Assembly (NCBI GenBank): GCA_046313635.1
Contig: JBKBYA010000001.1
Span: 504,189 to 556,240 of the forward strand
DNA: 52,052 bases
Reading direction: 5' to 3'
Origin: Pyrinomonadaceae bacterium
GTDB lineage: Bacteria; Acidobacteriota; Blastocatellia; Pyrinomonadales; Pyrinomonadaceae
Positions 21,826 to 34,500 of this stretch are shown here, piece by piece. How positions within the stretch are numbered: position 1 is the first letter of the stretch; every line of letters starts with the position of its first letter. A program made the position numbers and the translations under genes. The notes beneath the pieces are model-generated. The model did not search any database. It was not told the origin of the DNA and was given only the letters and a program-made list of their open reading frames with translations.

Positions 21826-22521
21826 TTAAGGCTTGAATTCGTATTCGACAAAAAAGATCTGCGAGACGGCCCTTTGACTCTTTTTATGCCGCGCGGGCTC
21901 GAAATTGATCTTAGCCGCGGCTTCGATCGCGGCCTTGTCAAATTCTTTGGGCATCACGCTCTGCACGCCCTCGACGCGGGCGGTGCCGTCGGCCGAGACG
22001 AGCATTCGCACGGTGACGGTGCCCTTGATCCGTTCGGCGAGGTAGCGTGCCGGGTATTGCGCCGGCGGCTTTTCGACGATGCGGGGTTTTGCGACGTTCT
22101 TGTCGCTGATATCGTAAACGACGGCGACGATGTACTCGACGTGCATTCGCGTCGGAACGGGCCGGCCGTCGATCTTGGCGGGAGTGAATCTCAATTTCTG
22201 CAGCGCGAACGTCACCGCATCGCCGACGCCGAACGGCAGGTCCTGCACGACGGCGATGTCGCGCATCTGGCCGTCCGCGGCGAGCGTCGCAGAAGCCTTG
22301 ACCGTGCCTTCGACACCATTCCGCCGCGCCGCCTCGTGATATTGGACCTCGATTGCCCCGATACGCGGGGGCTCGAGCACTGGCGCGGCCGAGGTCACGC
22401 CTTCAAAGCTCACAGGGTCGAAACTGTACCGGTAATTGAACGAGATCGACTGAGCGTGAGCCGAGCCGGCCAAAGCGGCAGCGAGCGCGACGATGCCGAG
22501 GATCGGGAAGTTGATTTTCAT
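21826..22521 (-). CDS. Protein with two tandem TonB C-terminal domains
   Basis: Y.E.ARR.GVEG.V...F.PA and YPA...GTV.V...F.PA repeats; signal peptide. Confidence 0.8.
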   Translation of the reverse strand: MKINFPILGIVALAAALAGSAHAQSISFNYRYSFDPVSFEGVTSAAPVLEPPRIGAIEVQYHEAARRNGVEGTVKASATLAADGQMRDIAVVQDLPFGVGDAVTFALQKLRFTPAKIDGRPVPTRMHVEYIVAVVYDISDKNVAKPRIVEKPPAQYPARYLAERIKGTVTVRMLVSADGTARVEGVQSVMPKEFDKAAIEAAAKINFEPARHKKSQRAVSQIFFVEYEFKP

Positions 22522-22542
22522 GGCAGATAATTCGGGCGAGCG

Positions 22543-22580
22543 AAAAAAAGGCTCCGTCGAATCTTAATTCGACGGAGCCT
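22543..22580 (-). terminator. Rho-independent terminator of the Clp ATPase gene
   Basis: Perfect 14-bp stem aggctccgtcgaat/attcgacggagcct followed by a T run on the minus strand. Confidence 0.9.
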
Positions 22581-22607
22581 CTGTGACAAGAGCTAAAGCC
22601 TCCTGAG

Positions 22608-24899
<2,292 letters not shown>

Positions 24900-25551
24900 A
24901 TAAGTAATTTGTAACTGACTTTGATGCGGAATTGGAAGGAAGGCTTTGCCCTCTGCATCATATCATTTCAAAAACCATTGCGAAAAGACGTTTTCGCCCG
25001 CTGGGCCCGCTGTCCGGTCGTCGAGCAATCGCTATGCCTTTCGGCGGCATGTTCGCAATGGTTTCAGACCGTCAGACCCGGCCAAGGTCGCCGCGCCGCC
25101 GAACGCGGGACCTGTCGGCCTCCGACACTATACGCGTCAAGCGACAGCGGACTCGACATCAAAGCCGCGCTCCGCCGCCGGCGTCTCTACTCTCAGCGCG
25201 GGGCATGTGCGGATTTGGCGGATCCGGGCCCGGCCCCATTCGCGCTGCGGTGCTCTTGCGATTTTGTACTTGCATTTATTTGCGGATTGCCCCAATATTC
25301 CCCGCATACCCAAAACCAGGCGGTAAGGACGGTCGGTCAACCGGGATATACTTCGGCTATTTTCGCCAGCGGAGTGCAGTTGTACGAACCGATCCTGGAC
25401 CGAACAGGGGAGGGTAACTTAACCGGGTAGAACGGGCTCAATCAGCAGGCTCCCTTGACGTATAAGGCCTCAGTCATTGATCCCCCAATTCAATAAAACA
25501 ATTAGACCGTGCCGGGTTCTCTTCCCCGAGCACTCCCCAGGAGCCCAGTTT

Positions 25552-28500
25552 ATGTCCAAGTTGTCCCGTAACGCTCGTGTCAGCGCGGCGAGGGTCGTCA
25601 GCGCGCGCGCGGCCGCCGCATGCCTTTTGGCCGCAGGAATTTTGGTGGTGGCGATATCGGCTGCCTTTGCCATGGGGCTGCCGTTCACGCAGCCGCTCGC
25701 GTCGGTGGTCTTCGGTGCCGGCGGGGCCGCATCGCCAGAGGCCTCGCAGTCCGCGACGCCGGATAAGGAGTCGCAAGTCTCGCTCGCGTCGGCGGCTCTG
25801 ACAGGCGGCGCGCTGAATGCGGCGCGTTCGGGACACACCGCGACCAGACTCGCGGACGGGCGGGTGCTGATCGCCGGCGGCGACGCGGCAGGGACGGCCG
25901 AGGTCTACGATCCGGTGAGCGGTGTCTCGGCGACGACGGGGAATCTCATCGCGGATCGCAGCCGCCATGCCGCATTTCTGCTCGCCGACGGCCGCGTGCT
26001 CGTCGCGGGCGGCAGCGTCGGCGGCACGTCGGCCGCGACGACCGAGATCTACGACCCCTCGACGGGCACATTCTCGACCGGGCCGTCGATGACCTCGCCC
26101 CGCAGCGGACACACCGCGACGCGCCTGAACGACGGTTCGATCTTGATCGCGGGCGGCGGAACAGACACGGCGGAGAAGTTTGACGGCGTCGCTTTTACAG
26201 CCATCGCCGCGGCGATGACGACATCGCGCGCCGGGCACTCGGCCGCGTTGATGAACGACGGCCGCGTGCTGATCGTCGGCGGCTCGAGCGCCGACGGCGA
26301 AGAGCTGCAATCCGCAGAGATCTTTGACCCGGTCGATCAGACATTCAACGCGACAGGCAGCTCGATGGCGCATCACCGCAGCGGCGCGCACTTGCGCGTC
26401 CTGCCCGACGGCAAGGTGCAGATCATCGGCGGCAGCGACGACCTTTCGATGGAGGTCTACGATCCCGCGATCGACACCATCGGCGCTCACGCGCACCTCG
26501 TGCCCGTCGACGACGAGCACGCCAACCTGATGCGCATCGACATCCTAAGCGCGCAGACGCGCGCCGCGCTGTTCTACAACGGCCAGACCGACCCGCTCGT
26601 CGACCGCAGCGCGCAAACCATCACCGAGCTTGGAAGTACGGCCCTGGTCGCCGGCGGCATCGACTCGAGCGGCGCGGCTATTAATTCATTCTCGACCGTG
26701 GGCAGCTCCTCCGCGACCGTCACCACCGACAAACTAGACTACGCCCCCGGCCAAACCGCCGTCATCAGCGGCACCAACTGGCAGCCCGGCGAAATAGTCG
26801 AAATCGTCCTCCACGAAGACCCGCACACACACACCGAGCGCCGGCTGACCGCAACCGCCGACGCCAACGGCGCCTTCAGAGCAAACTATCCGGTCGAGCA
26901 GCACGACCTTAATGTCACATTTATCGTAGGTGCGAAAGGACAGTCGTCCGGCCGCACTGCGCAGACGACATTTACTGACGCCGCGACGGATCCTACACCG
27001 CAGCCGTTGCCATATTCGCAGGATTTCTCGACACTCGCGCACAACTCAAATACTTATCCGGCAGGCTGGCAAGGCTGGACATTGGGCTCAACTTCCACGA
27101 CAAGCTTTCGAACAAATTCACCCCTTGAGAACGAGGCGCTACAAGCGAACAGGGCCGCAAACAATAACAACACAGGCGTATCAAATTACAGCGGGAAGAT
27201 TGGGATTCTCGCTGGAGGCTCCAGCACAACCGATCCATCGCTCGCGCTCGCCTTAAATACGACTGGTTTTTCAAGTATTCAAGTTGCTTTTGACATCATG
27301 ACGATCCGTAATCCGTATGATGGGTCGTCGAACAACAGAATCAATCAGGTCGACCTTCAATATCGCGTCTGCCCAACCTCACCGACGCCTTGCACTGTCT
27401 CGTTTGGGTCGGTGACCAATCTTGCAAACGGAATCTATCAAAACAACACAACCACCCAGACGTCGAATACGACGGCGCCGCAGAACTCTCAGGCGAAATC
27501 ATTCACGTTACCCGCAGATGCAAATAACCAACCCATAGTGCATATTCGCTGGGTTCAGCGCGATGTATCCGGAAATGGCTTTCGACCAAGTTTTGCCGTC
27601 GACAATATCTCTGTGTCGGGCGCCGCCGCCTGCACGGCAGCTATAGTCACGACTCACCCGACCAATCAGACCGTTACCTACGGCCAGAACGCGGTCTTCG
27701 CCGCCGCTGCGAGTGGATCGCCCGCGCCTTCTGTTCTGTGGGAAGTGAGCACTGATGGCGGCGGGACTTGGACGAGCACGGGTGTTACGACGTCGACGCT
27801 GACACTGACGACGCCGACCGTTGCAATGAGCGGTTATAAATATCGCGCGGTCTTTACGAATACATGCGGCGGCACACAGACGGCGACCTCCGATCCCGCG
27901 ACATTGACCGTCAATCAAAAAACGGTCTCCGGCAGCTTCACCGTCAGCAGCAAGGTCTATGACGGCAGCACGTCGGCGGCGATCCTTACACGCTCGATCA
28001 ACTCGGCTGACATCGTCGGCGGCGACGTTGTGACGCTCACCGGCGGCACGGCCACGTTCGACACGAAGAGCGTCGGTAACGGCAAAACGGTCACGGGCAC
28101 GGGCTTCACGCTCGGCGGAGCGCAGGCGGCGAATTACACTCTCGGGACGGTCGCGACCACGACCGCCAACATCACCGCGCTCGCGATCACATGCGACGCG
28201 GCGGTGAACAGCAAGGTCTACGACGGCACAACATCCGCGACGATCAGCGGCCGGACGCTCACGGGCGTCATTGCGCCCGACGCGGTGACCTGCACGGGCG
28301 GCACGGCCGCGTTCGCCGACAAGAATGTCGGCACCGGAAAGACCGTCAACATCACGGGTCTCTCATTGACCGGCGCCGACTCAGGCAACTACACCGTAAA
28401 TCCGACCGACACCGCGTCCGCAGATATTACACCCAAGGGCCTGACCATCAGCGGTGCCGTCGCGCTCGGCAAGGTCTACGACCGCACGACCAGCGCCGCG

Positions 28501-31500
28501 GTCAGTTTCGTCTCGGCATCGCTCATCGGCGTTATCGCGCCCGATGTCGTGACGATCGACAGCTCTGCTTATACAGCGAGCTTTGCTACAAAGGACGTCG
28601 GGACCGCAAAATCGGTGACCGTCTCGGGCGTCACGCTCGGCGGCGCGGGGGCGGGCAACTATACGGTCTCACAGCCTGCGGGACTCACGGCGGACATCAC
28701 CGCAAAGGGATTGACGCTCACCGGGGCCAGCGGCGTCGACCGCGTTTACAACGGGCTGACGAATGCGTCGGTCAATTTCACGGCCGCAAGCCTGACCGGC
28801 GTAATCGCTCCCGACGTCGTCGGTTTTGATACTGCCGGCTACTCCGCATCGTTCGCCGACAAGAGTGTCGGCAGCGCAAAGCCAGTTACCGTGAGCGGCA
28901 TCGTCCTGAACGGCGCCGACGCGGGCAATTACTCCGTCACCCAGCCCGCCGGGCTAACGGCAAACATCACCGCGCTCGGCATTACGGGCAGCTTCACGGC
29001 GGAGAATAAGACCTACGACGGCACGACGGCTGCGTCCGTGCTGACACGTTCTCTCACCGGATCGATCTCGGGCGACGCGGTTTCGCTCGCCGGCGGTACC
29101 GCCGCTTTTGCCGACAAGCACGTTGGCAGCGGCAAGACCGTCACGCTCACCGGAGCGACTCTCGACGGCGCAGACGCTGGCAATTACACGCTCGGTTCGG
29201 TCGCCGCGGCGACGGCGAATATCACGCAGCGAGCGATCACCGTCACGGCCGAGGACAATTCCAAGACATACGGCGACAGCGATCCGGCGCTTACATATCA
29301 GGTCACCGCCGGCAGCCTCGCGACCGGCGACGCCTTCACGGGGGCGGTCGCGCGCGGTGCAGGCGAGAATTTCGCGACCTATTCCATCGGCCAGGGCTCG
29401 CTGGCCATCGACGACGCCAACGGCGGCGGCAACTATGCGCTGACATTCGTCGCCGGCACATTCACGATCGGCAAGCGCTCGATCACGATCAAGGCCGACG
29501 ATAAGAGCAAGACATACGGCTCGTCCGATCCGGCGCTGACGCACACCGTCACGGGCGGCTCGCTGGCATTCAGCGACACGGTGACCGGCTCGCTCACGCG
29601 CGCCGCAGGCGAGAATGTCGGCAGCTACGCTATCACGCAGGGCTCGCTCGCGATCTCTGACGGCAACGGCGGCGCGAACTACACTCTGACATTCAATAAC
29701 GGCAGCCTCCAGATCGACGCGCTCACCGTCACCGTCACGCCGACGTCCGATCAGACAAAAGTGTACGGCTCCGCCGACCCGGCGCTCGCGTACGGATTTG
29801 CGCCCGCGCTCGCCTTCAGCGACACCTTCAGCGGTGCGCTTGCGCGCGATGCGGGCGAGGGCGTTGGCCAGTACGACATCACGCAGGGCACGCTTGCGCT
29901 CAGCTCGAATTACGTTTTGAATTTCGCGGCAGGCGTGAAGTTCACGGTCACCGCCAAGGCGCTCACCGCGAGCATCACCTCGAGTGACAAAACCTACGAC
30001 GGCACGGCCGCGGCGGCATTCACCTGCTCGCTCACGGGCGTCGTCGGTACTGACGATGTGAGCTGCACGGGCGGAACGGCGACCTTCGATACGGCGAATG
30101 TCGGAACGGGCAAGACCGTTACGGTAAACGGTCTCGGGCTGGCGGGAGCTGCAGCCGGCAACTACACCGTCAATTCGTCGGCGACCGACACCGCCGACAT
30201 AACGGCTCTCGGGCTGACCATCACAGGAGCCGCTGCACAGAACAAAGTTTATGACGGCGGTACGGCGGCGGCGGTGAGCTTTACCGGAGCCACGCTCGCG
30301 ACGCCGATCGCGGGCGACGATGTCTCGATCGACGCCTCCGGCTACTCGGCTAGCTTTGGCGACAAGAGCGTCGGCAGCGGCAAGCCTGTCACTGTCAGCG
30401 GCGTCACGCTCTCGGGAGCGCAGGCCGCAAACTACACCGTCGCGCAGCCAAGCGGGCTTACGGCAAACATCACGCCGAAGATGATCACCGCGACGGTCAC
30501 CGCCGACAACAAGACGTACGACGGGAGCGCTGCGGCGACGATCAGCGGATGCTCGTTAACGGGAGTGATCGACGGTGATTCGGTCGGTTGTGTCACGACC
30601 GGATATTCCGCGTCGTTCGCCGACGCGAATGCCGGCTTGGGCAAGGCGGTGACCGCGACGGGGCTAACCAAGTCGGGCGCCGATGCGGCGAATTACTCAT
30701 TCGACGGTACCGGCACCGGCACGGCAGACATCGGCAAGGCTTCGTCGACGACTACGATCACGATCTCGAATGCGACGTACAACGGCCTCCCGCACGGCGG
30801 CACCGCGACGGTCACCGGGGCCGGCGGCTTGAGCACGACCGTGGCAATCACCTACAGCGGCCGCAACGGTACGGTGTACGCCGCGAGCACGACCCCGCCG
30901 ACCAATGCCGGCGACTACACCGCGAGCGCTTCGTACGCGGGCGACGCGAATCACGAGCCGAGCAACGATACGAAAGACTTCTCGATCGCAAAGGCGAACC
31001 AGACGATCACCTTCACCGGCGCGCCGGCGACGGCCATTTACAATACGAACTTCGCCGTAACGGCGACGTCCGACTCGGGGCTCGCCGTGACGGTCACCTC
31101 CTCGGGAGCGTGCTCGAATGTCGGGACGACCGTAACGATGACGAGCGGCACTGGCACCTGCTCGCTCAGGGCTTCGCAGGGCGGCGATGCGAATTACAAC
31201 GCCGCCGAAGACCAGTACCAGACCACGACTGCGCAAAAGGCCGCTGCGACGATCGTGCTCAGTGATCTCGAGCACACATACGACGCGACGCCCAAGTCTG
31301 CCACCGCGACGGCGACCGCCGATTCACTCGCCGGTGCGATGAACGAGCTGACGAGCCTGAGCGTGGTCTCCATCACGTACGACAGCAGCCCCACTGCGCC
31401 GACCAACGCCGGCAGTTATGCGGTCGCGGCGACGCTTACAAACGACAACTACGAGGCGGAACCGGCGACAGGTACGCTGGTCATAAACAAGCGTTCGCTG

Positions 31501-34500
31501 AGCGTGACGGCAGATGACAAGACGATCACATTCGGCGATGCCGATCCGACATTCACGTTTGCGTACGGAGCGTTCGCCGGCAGCGACGGTGACACTGACA
31601 TCGACACTCCGCCGACGTGCGGAGTCGCGGGTCCGCATTCGAATGCCGGCAGCTACACGATCGCCTGCTCGGGCGGCTCGGACAACAACTACAGCTTCAG
31701 CTTCACCGACGGCACGCTGACCATCAACAAGGCGGCGAGCACGACGACACTCACCTTCGAAGCCGGCCCGTACGTTTATCGCGGTACGGCATTCACGGCG
31801 TCGGCGAACGTCACCGGCGCCGGCGGACTCAATGAAGCGGTCTCCGTCGTGTATTCGGGCGACTGCACGAATGTGACGACAACCGACGGCTGTACCGCCA
31901 CCGCGACCTATGCCGAAAGCGCGAACCATCTCGGAAGCGTTGACACGAAGAGCATCACCATTACGCAGGCCCCGGTCACCGCAACCGCGGGCAGCGGCTC
32001 GGCCATATACGACGGCAGTTCCAAATCGCCCGGTGCATGCGTCGTCAGCGGCACGTACAAGGGCGACCTGGCATGCACGAACGATCCGGCGACGGTCGGG
32101 CCGGGTGCGGGAACCTATCCGACCGCTCCATCGGTCACGGGAACCGGCCTCGGCAACTTCGCGATCACATCCGTCGCGGGAAGCTACGAGATAGCACAGG
32201 CGGCATCGACGACAGTCGTCACGTGTCCGCCGAGCGTCGTCTATAACGGCGCGGCGCAGACGCCTTGCTCGGTGTCGGTAACGGGCGCCGGTGGATTGTC
32301 ACTCACGCCCGACGCCAGTTACCTGAACAATCTCAACGTCGGAACGGCGACCGCGAGCTACACATTCACGGGCGACGCGAACCACACGGGCAGCGACGAT
32401 TCCGAAACTTTCGGTATCAGCAAGGCCCCGGTCACCGCGACCGCGGGCAGCGGTTCGGCGATATACAATGCGATGACGCATTCGCCGTCCGCGTGCATCA
32501 TCGGCGGAACTTACACGGGCGATCTGACCTGCGCAAACGTTCCGGCGAGTGTCGGCCCTGCGGCGGGAACGACGACGATCACGCCGACGGTTTCCGGAAC
32601 TGGCCTCAGCAATTTCGAGATCACTTCGACGAACGGTTCGTTCACCATCAACAAGGCCGACGCGACGATCGTCGTTAACGGATATTCGGGAACTTACGAC
32701 GGAACGTCGCACGGCGCGTCCGGCACGGCGACCGGCGTCGAGGGCGAAAGCCTCGCCGGACTAGATCTGGGCTCAAGCTTCACGAACGTTCCGGGCGGAA
32801 CTGCCAGCTGGACCTTTACGGACGAGACCGGCAATTACAACAACGCTTCCGGCACGGCCGGCATCGTCATCAATCAGGCGCCGCTGACGATCACGGCGTC
32901 GAGTCACACGGTCACGTACGGCGACGTAGCTCCGACCGTTACTCCGACCTACGACGGTTTTGTGACCGGCGAAGGCCCGGCCAACCTGACGAGTCTGCCG
33001 GTTTGCTCGACCACTTACACGCAGGGCTCTGCGGCGGGCGGTTCGTACACGACGAGCTGCAGCGGCGCGGCCGGCGTGGTCACCGGCAACTACGCGATCT
33101 CGTACGTCAATGGCACCGTCACCGTTAATAAGGCGACGCCGACCATCTCGGTCACCGGCGGCACGTTCACATACGACGGGATGCCGCACGCCGCAAGCGG
33201 CTTTGCATACGGTCTCGGCGGCGTAGGCGACGTGCTGACGCCGGCCGTCACTATCAGCTATGCCGGTTCGGGATCGACCGTTTACCCGTCGAGCCCGACC
33301 GCTCCGACCGGCGCCGGCACATACGTCGCGACCGCGTCATACGCCGGCAGTACCAACTACTCTGCAAACTCCGATACCGCAGCTCTCACGATCGAAAAGG
33401 CCGGCTCGACCGTCACCGTCAGCGCGGCAAATGCGCAGTTTGACGGCAGCGCTCACGGCGCGACCGCGAGCTGGGCGAGCACGAGTACGGACGGGCAGGG
33501 CGGCGGATTGACGGTCTCGTACGTCGGGATCAACTCGACATCGTACGGCCCGACCAATACCCCGCCGACCAATGCCGGCGACTATCGCGCGTCGGCCTCG
33601 TTTGACGGCGATGCCAACCACACGGGCAGCTCAAACCACGCCGACTACTCGATCACCAAGGCACCGTCGGTCGTCGCGATCACGTGTCCCGCGAGCGTGA
33701 CGTACAACGGCTCACCGCAGTCGCCCTGCACGGCCGAGGCGACCGGTGTCGCGATGTCGCCGATCGACCTGACCTCGGCGATCACATACGGCGACAACAC
33801 CAATGCCGGCACCGCGTCGGCAGACGTCACCTGGTCAGGCGACGCTAACCACAACGGCAACAGCGACAGCGAGACTTTCAACATCGCAAAGGCCGATGCG
33901 AATTGCGTCGTCACAGGATTCAGCGGCCAGTACGACGGCGGCGAGCACGGCGCAAGCGGCACGTGTACCGGACTCGGCGGAGCCTCAGACGTGCTGACGG
34001 GTCTCGTCGTCGCAACGACGACGTACCGCAACGTTCCGGGCGGCGCCGTACATTGGACATTCACGCACCAGAACTACGCGGACGAGAGCGGCGACGCGAC
34101 GGTGACCATCACGGCCAAGCCGGTTGTCGTCACGGCGACCGCCGGCCAGACAAAGGTCTACGGCGACGCGGACCCGACGTTTGCGTACACGACCGACGTT
34201 CCTTTGATCGCACCCGATAGTTTCACCGGCGCACTCTCTCGAGCGGCCGGGCAGAATGCCGGAACGTACGCGATCAACCTCGGCAGCCTCGCCGTCAACG
34301 ACGGCAACTCGGGCGGCAACTACGCTCTGACATTCAGCGGCGCCGACTTCACGATCACGAAGCGGACTCTCACGCTCACCGCACAGCCAAACACCAAGAC
34401 GTACGACGGCACGACGTCCGCCGCGGCGACGCCGACCATCGTCGGTCTGCAGTACAGCGACACGGTGACAGGCCTGACTGAGACGTACGACACCAAACAC

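Noticed and set aside
25290..25550. Riboswitch upstream of the adhesin
   Set aside because: No recognisable consensus (e.g. c-di-GMP) could be matched by eye
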